Origin: a virus
Lineage: Duplodnaviria; Caudoviricetes
Length of the DNA stretch: 40,279 nt
Virus record (IMG/VR): IMGVR_UViG_3300027834_000297
Location: 1-40,279 of that record
Reading direction: 5' to 3' (one strand)
Shown: piece by piece, positions 8,301-16,891 of the stretch
How the letters are laid out: each line of letters opens with the position of its first letter
Numbering within the stretch: position 1 is the first letter of the stretch
Translations under genes and position numbers: made by a program
Notes under the pieces: model-generated
Seen by the model: the letters and a program-made list of their open reading frames with translations, nothing else
Databases searched by the model: none
Told to the model about the DNA's origin: nothing

Positions 8301-8996
8301 GGACCAATCCGAAGGCGACAGAGCTCCCAGATCGTCCAACATTGCCTCTAGGGATGCGGTGTCACTTATTGCAGCCGCCAAATCCGGCAAAGCTTCCTGT
8401 GGCCCGGAGACAAAACAGATAACGTCGTCCGAACTTAATCCGGCGCGCTTCAGGATGGTGGAAACGGTTTCTCCGGTGCGCGCCCGAATTGGCAAAACGT
8501 GTTCTGCGGTTATCAATTCGTCCGGTGCACAGTCTGGTGCCAGCAACCCACCCAATCCAGATGAATAGATCGCCCGGTGGTTTGCTGTGGCGCGTTTTTG
8601 TAGAGCGTCGGGTGTCCAGAACTGGATTTGCCAGCCCATGAAACGGATCGCATCAAGGCGGTCACACACCACGCCAGCACCTTCCTGACAATGAAGCACC
8701 TCACCACCAACCATGACACCGACATGATTGACACGACCAAAACGGCGCATCTCGACAATGTCACCGTCAATGGGCGTGTCAGTGCGGCGCCAGTTTTGGC
8801 GCTCTGACGCGACGGCACGGCCGGGCTTTGTACCTGCGGTCAGATATGGCAAAGTCCGGCCCATAAAACTGTCCTGGAACATGGCCGCAAATGACCAGCA
8901 CTCAAACCCGTCAGGACCGAGCCCACCACGCTCCCATGGCAGGCCGATCATCTTGGCGATCTGGTCAGAGGCCGAGGAGAGGGAAACGCTGGTCAT
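5340..8996 (-). CDS. Tail tip / host-specificity protein (lambda J-like) with N-terminal NlpC/P60 domain
   Basis: N-terminal GLPW...FECWSF...NHVGV...LHC (NlpC/P60), then PVPIQFG, GRYQVRVSRLT and FN3-like C-terminal repeats. Confidence 0.8.
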   Translation of the reverse strand: MTSVSLSSASDQIAKMIGLPWERGGLGPDGFECWSFAAMFQDSFMGRTLPYLTAGTKPGRAVASERQNWRRTDTPIDGDIVEMRRFGRVNHVGVMVGGEVLHCQEGAGVVCDRLDAIRFMGWQIQFWTPDALQKRATANHRAIYSSGLGGLLAPDCAPDELITAEHVLPIRARTGETVSTILKRAGLSSDDVICFVSGPQEALPDLAAAISDTASLEAMLDDLGALSPSDWSSRKLAVNETLLVQSVPRGGGGSDPLRILLTIAITAAAAFVAGPLGVGAILGNTLGVSAAFGGQLVFGAVSILGRLAVSALLPPPSPSGVANFSQDVSPTFTAGSQTSVARPGAPVPIQFGRHLHLLDDIGPAWANYSGNTQILYQVLSLGEGEHDLEEVRLGSVAVWKDGVATENLPGVQIQHVAVNQPVTLFEDQVYTQPDVAGQTVENGTPVGWHIAPPVGIFAEIIEIDIVFRQLVHIDANGNDQNTTVDLRVEAQMLDANDDPLGSVIALDDLSFTAASRSAVRSSHRWFLPKGRYQVRVSRLTAESAAETFDEAAWAGLKAILPPGRTYGDMEVLAVRVEVGEQIAAQNARRVSAIKTRKLPIYSNDAWTAPQPTREIAWAAAEILRRHNRLDDIDLDELLALHETWTVRGDKFDTIFDQRLSFWEALQAVLRTGRSQPDQLGRLIRIWRDQPAPIPRQLFSERNIRRGSFVMRPILSVSTRPEKLVAPFMDETTWRANEISVGALTGRERRERYFGIVNKAHLAREVAHDWRASRVRSLRVEFEAELENRLLRRGDPIAIAHREITKGFSVGVVEFALNEVHLSFPILQSELGDTPRLALTAPDGMVWGPVAVILDDPDTPTDRIYLDPNDVQLVIDESGSDPRDWVPQSAAREEAIRAVIGPDTEKYQRVIVESVGQERDGYAPVSCLIDDPRAHDLEVDVNSSLEGAIAGLTATLETVGNDTMLNVELSISAGFDVAMLDFVHEYSTDGGIVWLPLAETSLTMISMIAPVGVTNVRSAAVSATRGPWVSAPISGIAGGLAAPTGLAEATAGDYDSTARLHVTADVVVGAVSYQFEVRDDGGALAGTISRFTPELDLSAGDLSGLGGPWRACEVSLKGIDVAGSPGAAASLPLTNPAPSAPTGVILLGITFTWDVAPEADVSSWQISAPWLSMPEIVTTNSFYWPYAQQGTATVRAIDSVGTGPGTSYTNPYQPPPPGK

Positions 8997-9519
8997 AAAA
9001 CTGCCTGTGAAACGGGGTGTTGATGACGTCGGGCGGCTGCGCTGCCACTTCGACTCGAAGGGTGTCTATTTGTGGATCAACCAGCTCAAAGCCATCCAGC
9101 ACTTCGGGCTGGCCTGCGAGGCGGGTTTTGTCGGTGAATACGCGCAAGGAGATTTCAATCGGCACATCACCGCTTGCAGCGATCAGAAGGGCCTCAGATA
9201 TAGCAGGGTCAACATTTGCAAAACGGAACCGGGCGCGCGGCACGGCCGAGCTTTCGCGTGCCGGGCGAACAATCTCAATCGGGCCACGAATGAATTTGAC
9301 GATCTGATCCGCTCCAAGGGGTGCATCAGCCTCAAGTTTGGCCTCAAAATAGGGTGATGTTTCCAACTCGGATGGGGCAACAAATGCGGCGGCGATTCTG
9401 ATAACACCCACGTCGCCAGTTTCGGATGTCAATTCCGGATGACGCGCTTCAACGGTCAGGATTTCTATATCATCTGTGGCATAGGCATAATGTTCGATGA
9501 TATCCGGGTCGATGGTCAT
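8965..9519 (-). CDS. Minor tail protein (DUF1833 / lambda L-like)
   Basis: ILTVEARHP start, C-terminal F.R..Y..RFP.L; lies between distal tail and tip genes. Confidence 0.7.
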   Translation of the reverse strand: MTIDPDIIEHYAYATDDIEILTVEARHPELTSETGDVGVIRIAAAFVAPSELETSPYFEAKLEADAPLGADQIVKFIRGPIEIVRPARESSAVPRARFRFANVDPAISEALLIAASGDVPIEISLRVFTDKTRLAGQPEVLDGFELVDPQIDTLRVEVAAQPPDVINTPFHRQFYDQRFPLLGL

Positions 9520-10019
9520 GACGCCGCCCCTTTCAGATCAACATTGATCGCCTGATCGAGCAAATCACTAAGCGGCACAGTCTCGTAAAACAGATCGCGA
9601 TCTGCGGCATGCGGGAGATAGATTGCGTCCGAAATTTGAGGCAGTTCACGGATTTCAAGCGACAAAGATACACGCCAGTTGATGTCATCAATCAGCCGGG
9701 CGGTGTACATTTTGTCGCCGTCAGCAATTAGGCGCGCTTCAATGATCTGGTAAGTGTCATCGATAAACGCCGGCATATTGAACCAGAGCCGCCCGTGATC
9801 GATGTCATCCGAAAGCCAGCGGCGAAACACGCCCATCTCGGCGCGAAGAATATCAAATTCAGCGCGAAACGTGGACGGTTTGTGGTGGCCAGTACGCCTG
9901 ACGCGATCTTCGCCGTCTTCAAAGTCAGTGCGTCGAACAAGACTTGGAGACGACAATTCGTAGCCGTTAAATTGCGGCTTAAAGGCGTCTGTAAAGGGCC
10001 AGTTAACGGTTGCCATCAT
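9516..10019 (-). CDS. Distal/minor tail protein (lambda M-like)
   Basis: WP...P...GY...RTDFEDG..RVRR pattern; directly after the tape measure gene. Confidence 0.7.
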   Translation of the reverse strand: MMATVNWPFTDAFKPQFNGYELSSPSLVRRTDFEDGEDRVRRTGHHKPSTFRAEFDILRAEMGVFRRWLSDDIDHGRLWFNMPAFIDDTYQIIEARLIADGDKMYTARLIDDINWRVSLSLEIRELPQISDAIYLPHAADRDLFYETVPLSDLLDQAINVDLKGAAS

Positions 10020-13000
10020 GTGCCCCCGGTTCTGAGACCAAAGCGGCCCGCTATTGCCGGTGCGACACCTTCGCCACGGGACGTTTCGCTGTTCAGACGG
10101 CGTACGAACTGGCCAAAGATCACGTCAATATCAAGGTCACCATTGGGCTGTTTGCGCTTTTCTACTCGCGGCTCTTCTTTCGCCCCGTAAATGTTTACGT
10201 TGACGTTGGGTGTAGCTGTGCCAGCGCCGGAAGATGAACCGGCCAAACGGGCAAGGCCCATAATTGTGTCGGCGGTTGATTGCTGTTGCGCGCGCGTCAA
10301 AACGCGCTCGTCATCTTCCAGAATGGCGGCTTTTTCACCGGGCAACAGACCGCCAGAATGCAGTTTAGGCGCACCGCTCAGTAAGGCTGCAGGCGCAATG
10401 CGATCGATACCACCAGATGCAACGTCACCACCTTCGTGAAAGAGCGAAAACGCGGCACTGCTACCGCCTCCGGAGCCGCCGCCAAATAACCCGCCGATCA
10501 GGCTGCTGATAATTCCACCACCGCCACCGCCGCCAGTCAGGTCACCCTGTGCCAAGCGCATCGCCAGACGGAAAAGCTGGCGCAAAGCAAAATCGACCAG
10601 GTCTTGCGTCTGAATTTTGCCGGTCTTTGCGAATTGGACAAATGCATCTTCTGCCCCCGATAAAGCGGTCTTAATGGCACCCTCGGCCCGATCAGCCATG
10701 GTTTCGTGTGATCCGGCAATGTCGTCCATTGCCCGTTCCACACCTGCGCGCCAATCGTCTCGGTTTGCGAGATCCTCGCGGTAAGCATCAGCGATGCGCG
10801 CGCGTGTGACAGCATCGACTTTGTCGGCAAGCTCACCGTGGCCTAGGCCTACTGCGCGCAGGTCTGCCATGGCGCTCTCACGCCATTCCAGTATGTCCTG
10901 TTCAGCCTCTTTAAAGGTACCGCCGAAACGATCTCCAAATTCCTTTACGGCTTCCTGCAGTGCTGTGAGTTCGGCTTTGGTTCGCCCACCACCGCCGCCA
11001 GCCGTTGTTTTGCGGTCCTTCAGTATCGCGTTAATTTCGCGCTCAAGGCTGACACGTGTCTCAAGTCCAGCCTGTTCGCGTTGCAATTCAGCAATGACGG
11101 GCGGCGCTTCTATTGAAGAAGGAAGGCCATCACCTGGACGCCGCGCAGGCCCTGCAATGAGCGGCCCAACACTGGCACGACTTTCAGCGAGCTTGCCGGC
11201 AAGAATGGCATCGGCGCGATCAGCACCGCCTTTTAGGGCTGATAGCTGTGCTTCCAAGCCGACATTGCCAATCTCAGTGGACAAGGCGCGAGCGCGCAGC
11301 GCCTTAAGAGCACGGTTTGCCCGTTCAATCTCGCCGGTCAGCGCAGAGGCGCCGGAAATGGCATTGTCAAAATTGATGTCATCGGCTGTGGCTGCAACGT
11401 CTTGTGTAACTTCAAGCGTACCGTCCAGCGCAGAAGTGATCTTGTCGATTTCTTCTTGTGTGGCACCGGCCGCGGACAGGATGTCTCTGAAGGCCGTGCC
11501 GCCACTGCTGCGCAGGACTTCACCGGCCTGAGACAACCGGGTAATTTCAAATGCCAAGGCTTGTAGAGCTTCGCCGCGAATAACCTCATTTGGGGCAGAC
11601 TGCACGGCAGCAATTTCGGCTTCCAAGCCGCCGATCAATTGCGAAATCCGCAACATGTCCGCGACGGCTTCATCCAGATCAAACAGGTGCTGAACGTCCG
11701 GAGTGGCGTTCAGTGCCGCGTTCAGTTTTGCGGCTGCATTGGCGGACTCTTCACCAACCCCGGAGATACGGGCTAATTCTTCATATAGTGGCCTCAGGAC
11801 GGTCGCCTCGCCACCGTTCAAACGGTCCATCATCTCAACAAGGTCGCCAAACACTGCCCCAAGGCGTTCAGGGTTTTCAGAAGCAACATCGAAATTTTGC
11901 AGCGGTGACAAAGCACCGATGATATGCCCGCCCTGCGCTTTGATTCCTTCGGCGATCAAAGATGATCTCAAATTCGTAGTTTGAAACCCGGATACCTTTT
12001 CGAAAGCGGCGTCCAGTTCGCTTTGTAGTAAGACCAACTGATCCTGAAGACCGGCCCGGCTTTGCTCAAGCATTTTTTGGGTGGTGTCGCTGACCTTGCC
12101 ACCTAAAAGCTCTTGTTGTTCTGCGGCCTTTCTTGACGCACTGGCGTATGCGTCCAGAGCGACCTCACTGTCATTCAGTGTGCGCTCCATACTGGCAAGG
12201 CGTTCGTCATTGCTTTCGATCAGAAACGGCAGAGCGGCGATCGCGAGAGCGGCCACGCCAAGTGGACCACCAAGGCCTGCGGTAGCTGCGCGCAGTATTC
12301 CTACGTTGCGCGCCGCACTTAAGGCACCGCTGCCCCATCCGATTAAGACCCCTGCGAATTTGGCCGCAACCAAGCCGCCGATCGCGAGGCTCAAGTCGTT
12401 GGCATGGTCTGTAATGAAGCCCAGGCCACCACCCAGTAAGGCACTAAATTGAGCCGCGGCCTCCTGAGTGGCCGGATCCGTCAAAAAGTCGGTGCCGCGC
12501 TCCATTGAGACGGCAAATTCATCCATGAGACCGCCAGACGACAAATCGCGGACGCGGTCGGTCAGACCGTTAAAGAAGCGATTGACCGATGCGCCTGCTT
12601 CATCTGCAGCCGCCACCGCAGACTCGCCAAATTCGATTTTCAGTTGGCGTGCAAATTTGGGCAGGAAGTCATCCGATGCGACCTGACCAAGTTCGAGCAT
12701 TTTGCTGAGTTCAGCGGTTGTGACACCCATAGCGCGTGCCGCAATCTGGAATGCGCCAGGAATGCGCTCACCAAGCTGCCCCCGCAATTCTTCTGCCTGC
12801 ACCGAGCCCTTTGACATGATCTGTTCGATTGCCCGCAAGGCACCGCCAGTTTGTTCTGCCGGAAGCTGAAGCGCTGTCGCAGCCGTGGCGACACCCTCAA
12901 AAATATCACGCGCCTGATCTTCAATGCCCGTGCCACGTGACGCCGCAAGAAGCCCTGAATATCCCTGTTCAACAACTTGCAGACGTTGCCCGTAGAAATC

Positions 13001-13390
13001 CGCAATTTCAGCGGCGTTTTCCATCTCGTCAGCACCAGCTTTTATGCCGCCCGTCGCAGAGCGAAAACGCGCTGTCGTCGACGTCAGCCCTAAGCCGGTT
13101 TGCAGGATTTCGCGTGAAACAATGCCAATACCTATGCCGCCAATCAGTGACTTCACACCTCTTAAGGATCGATCAAATGCGTTGACATCCCGACTGGCCG
13201 AACGCGAAGACCGTCCGGCTTTTCGCGCTGATCCGGAGAATTTGTCAGTTTTACGCGCCGCACCTTCAGCGGATTTACCAGCACTGTCTGCGCTCTTTTT
13301 GAAACGACCCAACTCCTCGCGGCCGCGCTTGGTTTCCTTTACCAGCTCGCCTGCATCAGCGTCATATCTTGAGCGGAGTATAAGTGTCAT
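10016..13390 (-). CDS. Tail tape measure protein
   Basis: 1124 aa, Ala/Gly-rich; tape-measure domain QIMSKGSVQAEELRGQLGERIPGA; C-terminal FHEGG/LHSGG. Confidence 0.92.
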   Translation of the reverse strand: MTLILRSRYDADAGELVKETKRGREELGRFKKSADSAGKSAEGAARKTDKFSGSARKAGRSSRSASRDVNAFDRSLRGVKSLIGGIGIGIVSREILQTGLGLTSTTARFRSATGGIKAGADEMENAAEIADFYGQRLQVVEQGYSGLLAASRGTGIEDQARDIFEGVATAATALQLPAEQTGGALRAIEQIMSKGSVQAEELRGQLGERIPGAFQIAARAMGVTTAELSKMLELGQVASDDFLPKFARQLKIEFGESAVAAADEAGASVNRFFNGLTDRVRDLSSGGLMDEFAVSMERGTDFLTDPATQEAAAQFSALLGGGLGFITDHANDLSLAIGGLVAAKFAGVLIGWGSGALSAARNVGILRAATAGLGGPLGVAALAIAALPFLIESNDERLASMERTLNDSEVALDAYASASRKAAEQQELLGGKVSDTTQKMLEQSRAGLQDQLVLLQSELDAAFEKVSGFQTTNLRSSLIAEGIKAQGGHIIGALSPLQNFDVASENPERLGAVFGDLVEMMDRLNGGEATVLRPLYEELARISGVGEESANAAAKLNAALNATPDVQHLFDLDEAVADMLRISQLIGGLEAEIAAVQSAPNEVIRGEALQALAFEITRLSQAGEVLRSSGGTAFRDILSAAGATQEEIDKITSALDGTLEVTQDVAATADDINFDNAISGASALTGEIERANRALKALRARALSTEIGNVGLEAQLSALKGGADRADAILAGKLAESRASVGPLIAGPARRPGDGLPSSIEAPPVIAELQREQAGLETRVSLEREINAILKDRKTTAGGGGGRTKAELTALQEAVKEFGDRFGGTFKEAEQDILEWRESAMADLRAVGLGHGELADKVDAVTRARIADAYREDLANRDDWRAGVERAMDDIAGSHETMADRAEGAIKTALSGAEDAFVQFAKTGKIQTQDLVDFALRQLFRLAMRLAQGDLTGGGGGGGIISSLIGGLFGGGSGGGSSAAFSLFHEGGDVASGGIDRIAPAALLSGAPKLHSGGLLPGEKAAILEDDERVLTRAQQQSTADTIMGLARLAGSSSGAGTATPNVNVNIYGAKEEPRVEKRKQPNGDLDIDVIFGQFVRRLNSETSRGEGVAPAIAGRFGLRTGGT

Positions 13391-13391
13391 T

Positions 13392-13769
13392 TCACCGCCT
13401 TTTTGCGCGCAACCTGATTTGCGCCAGTGTTTCTTGTTCCAACGTGCGCACGTGCGTGAAATCTGCAGGCGTCGTTGTTATCCCCATCATGCGCGCCGCC
13501 GCCTCGAGCCCGTCGTAATTCAGAGCAACGGGGCGACCATCGCCGTCCCTGATCCACTGTGACGCGGCGCTCATGAACCAAGTCAAAGGCACGTTGAGCC
13601 ATGAGAAAACCTCGGTCCTGTTGGTTTCGTTTTCACCGGCCTGGTCCGCCAAAACCTTCACTTGGGTATCGGGAACTCCGAACAGCTTCAGCTCTGCTTC
13701 AAAGGCGTTGCGATCGGCGACACGGGCACTGTTTTTACTCAGCAGAGACCGCGCCGCCGTTTTTAGTTT
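13392..13769 (-). CDS. Tail assembly chaperone C-terminal part (gpT-like, DUF1799-like), reached by -1 frameshift
   Basis: Open from the slippery site to 13392; SQW...ALNY..L motif; no good start of its own. Confidence 0.7.
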   Translation of the reverse strand, partial: KLKTAARSLLSKNSARVADRNAFEAELKLFGVPDTQVKVLADQAGENETNRTEVFSWLNVPLTWFMSAASQWIRDGDGRPVALNYDGLEAAARMMGITTTPADFTHVRTLEQETLAQIRLRAKRR

Positions 13770-14086
13770 TTTGCCTCAATTCCCATCGTGACGCGGGAGT
13801 AAGCCTGAGAAACGGCCATGACGATGTAGTCGTATTCAAGAAAATCTCTTCGAACCCGTTCCGAGAACGGAATGGGTTTCTTGTCGATGTCCTGAATGCC
13901 ATCCCAGCCCAACCAGATCACTTGAAGCGCTTCTTTCGGGTCTTCCATCAATGCTTTGCGCTCCTCTGAGGGAAGAACCAAAAACCGCGCTTCAAAGGAC
14001 TGTGTTTCGAGACCGTTAACCGTGGGAGTTTTGACGTCTACCTTGGTCGTGACTTCCGGACGCGGATTGAATTGAAAACCACTCAT
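13763..14086 (-). CDS. Tail assembly chaperone (gpG-like)
   Basis: Between tail tube and tape measure; GWDGIQD...PIPFS motif; ends EAKN. Confidence 0.8.
   Translation of the reverse strand: MSGFQFNPRPEVTTKVDVKTPTVNGLETQSFEARFLVLPSEERKALMEDPKEALQVIWLGWDGIQDIDKKPIPFSERVRRDFLEYDYIVMAVSQAYSRVTMGIEAKN
13766..13772 (-). other. -1 programmed ribosomal frameshift site A AAA AAC
   Basis: X XXY YYZ heptamer immediately before the chaperone TAA; the -1 frame is continuous with the downstream ORF. Confidence 0.75.
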
Positions 14087-15063
14087 CAGCGCACCAGTAT
14101 CGACACTTCGTCGTCCCCGGCACTTGGTGTGAAGACCAGGTCAAACGTTGCGGTGACTTCGTTGTCGTCTTCGCCCAGATCAGACAGGAACGATTGTACG
14201 GCCGGGGCCGCAATCTCAACGATATCGCCCGCGCCAGACCCGTGAACTAAGCTGAGAACCGACGTCGCACCGTTGATCGATGCCGCAAAGTAATCAAAGT
14301 CGGCAAGCGCGGGCGCTGACACCACCATTCGTCCGGTGATGTTTCGGCGTCCGCGGCGTGTGGAGAGCTCGTTTGGCCGATCCGCCGAAATTACTGGGGC
14401 CTGATCTGCAAAGTTTAACTCGCGAAGTTTCAGCGCCTGACCGGCAAAACTGAATGCCGTATTGTCAAAGTTCACTTCCTTGGTTTCGCGATAAAGCGCG
14501 TTTTGCAGAGCACCCAAATCCAGAGGTGCGTTGGCCGCAATTGTATCACGCGCCACGGGCGCGCCATAAATGCCTCGAAGATTTGCAGAAAACTTTGGCA
14601 ACTCGCCTTCCTGCGCGTCAAAGCTGAGCGATCCGACTGCATCCAAAACTTCCTGCAACAGATCATCGGCACTGCCCGGTGCACCTTGTGTGCCACCAAA
14701 TCCACCAACCAGCGTCGCGTGTTCAGACACTTTAATCGGCGTGTAAGTTACCTTTTGACCAGCCGTGATTGCCGCCGAAAATCCACAGGCGCGCAAAAGC
14801 GGGTCGTAAAATGGCGCGGTTCCCGCCGCACCGGACCCGGCCGCTTCCACTGAGGCCTCAACAATCGTGCGTGGTCTTTGCAGGAAGTCTTTGCTGGCCC
14901 CTGCCTTGCCATCGACCAGATCGCGTGTTCCACGGTCTGCCTCTAACATTTTGTGATTGAGCGTCATGGCCGGTATCAGATCCGAACCTGTGTAGGCTGC
15001 AGCTACACCAGCGCTTGCCTGAACTTTTGCGATCAGAAATCGCGTGTCGTGGGACATTGTCAT
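14086..15063 (-). CDS. Major tail tube protein
   Basis: ATG at 15063 behind GGAGG; AGTAP.Y.PLLRACG motif; position. Confidence 0.8.
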   Translation of the reverse strand: MTMSHDTRFLIAKVQASAGVAAAYTGSDLIPAMTLNHKMLEADRGTRDLVDGKAGASKDFLQRPRTIVEASVEAAGSGAAGTAPFYDPLLRACGFSAAITAGQKVTYTPIKVSEHATLVGGFGGTQGAPGSADDLLQEVLDAVGSLSFDAQEGELPKFSANLRGIYGAPVARDTIAANAPLDLGALQNALYRETKEVNFDNTAFSFAGQALKLRELNFADQAPVISADRPNELSTRRGRRNITGRMVVSAPALADFDYFAASINGATSVLSLVHGSGAGDIVEIAAPAVQSFLSDLGEDDNEVTATFDLVFTPSAGDDEVSILVR

Positions 15064-15064
15064 G

Positions 15065-15514
15065 TCAACCTCCTGTGATGGTCCGGCGGAACCGGATTGA
15101 AAATTCGTCTTGCCAGCCGAGCAAACCGCCCGGCATGGGCCCGGCAACCAACTGACCTTTTTCGTGCCACGCTGGACCGTCTGCAAAATCGGGGTTCCAC
15201 GTCGCCAATGCTTGGATCAGAGACCCTCGCAAAGCTTCAAGTTTTGTGACCGCGCCAGCACCTGCATCGCGCGCCAAATCTTCCTCAATCGAGATCACGG
15301 AAAATGTCGCGGTAACCTTTGCGGACAACACACCACCCGAAACGCCTTGGCGGCTGGTTCGCTCAACGGCGGGGAGAACAAATCCATATCCTGCGGCTGC
15401 GTTGTTGCGCCGCAAAGCTTCGGACAGATCAAATGCGCCGCCAATCTTGCGATACACCTCTGCGGTTTGAAGCTGGGCAACCACGTCACCAATGGGCAGA
15501 ACTATCGCACTCAT
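15065..15514 (-). CDS. Tail terminator (Mu gp37-like)
   Basis: Position; LRGSLIQAL..W.P and C-terminal WQDEF. Confidence 0.7.
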   Translation of the reverse strand: MSAIVLPIGDVVAQLQTAEVYRKIGGAFDLSEALRRNNAAAGYGFVLPAVERTSRQGVSGGVLSAKVTATFSVISIEEDLARDAGAGAVTKLEALRGSLIQALATWNPDFADGPAWHEKGQLVAGPMPGGLLGWQDEFSIRFRRTITGG

Positions 15515-15999
15515 TGCCATTGCCCCGCGAAATAATCCTCGGTAATTTCGCTGATCTCTTCTTTGTCCTGATCCGAAAATCCAAGGAACGGCCGGGCGGG
15601 CAGCGTAACCTCGCCCTTTGTTACAAATTGCCCGTTGGGCAGGCGGAACTGCAGGGCCTTTGAATTCACCGGAACAATGGTTGCACCAAATTGATGTGAA
15701 CTGCCGTAGTGCACGTTTGTGCCTGTCTCGGTAAAGTTCGGACCGGCATCACTTACAATGCTGTCGCGCAAACGCGCGCTTTCAACCAAAGTGGGTCGGC
15801 CGCGTTCTCGGGCTGCATGGGACTGAAGCCACGGGCCGTCAGGGCCTTCGCCCTTTTCAAATCGCTCTGACACACTCAATTCCATTGCTGCACCGATGAG
15901 GCGCATCAGATCCGATTGATCTTGTCCTGTGCGCTCGATGTTCAACAGCCCGCGCTCAACGCCAAGGTCCTGAAGGGTGAGAGATAACGTGACACCCAT
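15511..15999 (-). CDS. Phage virion morphogenesis protein (Mu gpG-like)
   Basis: RF....PDG.W, L..S..LRDSI, HQFG, LPARPFLG. Confidence 0.88.
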   Translation of the reverse strand: MGVTLSLTLQDLGVERGLLNIERTGQDQSDLMRLIGAAMELSVSERFEKGEGPDGPWLQSHAARERGRPTLVESARLRDSIVSDAGPNFTETGTNVHYGSSHQFGATIVPVNSKALQFRLPNGQFVTKGEVTLPARPFLGFSDQDKEEISEITEDYFAGQWQ

Positions 16000-16424
16000 C
16001 AGTAGCCCTCAAACGTTTCACGGCTGAATGTTGGAGGTGGCGCTGTAAACTCTGGTGTATCTGTCGGCGCGGCTTCGGTGTCTGCTGGCGTTTCATCGCC
16101 AAGCGAAGCCTTGCCTGCGCGAACGGCCTTCAGGAAGTCGATCGCGTCGTCGTAATTCTCTTTTGCGCCATCGATGTTGTGGGCCCGGTCACCGAGCAGC
16201 CGATACCAGGCTATTGCGGCGCAGTGCACGATCAGAATGCGCGGCGTATTGGTCGTTTCAAACATGCCGCCGACATAGCTTTCCACCTCGGCGGTCGCGT
16301 CATTTAGAGCGGTTTGAAGAACACCTGAAACAATACCGTTGATCGACCCCGAACGGGTTGTGACCTCGGCGAGTTGATCCTCACCAAAGCGGTCAATCAT
16401 GTCTTGTTCGGCTGCGATGCTCAT
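15999..16424 (-). CDS. Head-tail connector (Mu gp36 / DUF1320)
   Basis: DMIDRFGE.L, AL.DA.AEVESY, IAWYRL, Y.DAI.FL..V..GK.SL. ATG at 16424. Confidence 0.88.
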   Translation of the reverse strand: MSIAAEQDMIDRFGEDQLAEVTTRSGSINGIVSGVLQTALNDATAEVESYVGGMFETTNTPRILIVHCAAIAWYRLLGDRAHNIDGAKENYDDAIDFLKAVRAGKASLGDETPADTEAAPTDTPEFTAPPPTFSRETFEGY

Positions 16425-16440
16425 GATCGGGTTACCCTCT

Positions 16441-16728
16441 TTACTGGCTTTTGGCCTTCGCGACGTCTCGTTCAAGCTCGCGCTTGTGCTGTTCGTCTGC
16501 GAGCTTCTTCAGCTTGGGCTCTTTGATCCAGTCGTAGACCGGGTCGTGCAACGTCGATGAATAGATCATGATTTCCGCACCCAGTGCGACAACAACCACC
16601 AACAAGCTTGCCCACCAGACACCACCGGCAAACGCACTCAACGCCCAGAGGGCGACCAGCGCCATTCCGGTAACGGCTGCGGTCAACAGGATGAAGCCCA
16701 ATGCGGCTCGCGAAAATGTACTGTCCAT
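16441..16728 (-). CDS. Hypothetical two-TM membrane protein
   Basis: Two hydrophobic segments and a charged tail; AAGGAAAAG SD. Confidence 0.65.
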   Translation of the reverse strand: MDSTFSRAALGFILLTAAVTGMALVALWALSAFAGGVWWASLLVVVVALGAEIMIYSSTLHDPVYDWIKEPKLKKLADEQHKRELERDVAKAKSQ

Positions 16729-16731
16729 GGG

Positions 16732-16891
16732 TCTTTTCCTTTCGTTGATGGATGCCCGTCTCTCCGGGCCGTCACGTCCATTCCTCAGACGTTGCAGGCT
16801 CCAACTCGCGTGGGCCTCGCCTACTCAGATCGGCTGCGGCGGGGTCACATTTTGCCCGTTACTCCGTCAGCTTCGCGAACGATCCTTTCGC
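16732..16891 (-). ncRNA. Candidate structured RNA downstream of the capsid genes
   Basis: Dense series of stems, including CCCAC-GCGA-GTTGG (GNRA loop) and GCCCG-GAGAGA-CGGGC. Confidence 0.45.

Noticed and set aside
3000-9000. Invertible tail-fibre segment or diversity-generating retroelement
   Set aside because: No invertase, reverse transcriptase or template/variable repeat pair was seen.
10794-11531. 245-aa plus-strand ORF, and similar ones such as 8728-9357 and 16568-17317
   Set aside because: Ser/Arg/Ala-rich antisense shadows of well-supported genes, expected in GC-rich DNA.
16740-16790. Hammerhead-like CTGAGGA ... CGAAA on the minus strand
   Set aside because: Four extra bases separate stem II from GAAA, and no convincing stems I and III were found; kept only as a generic structured RNA.
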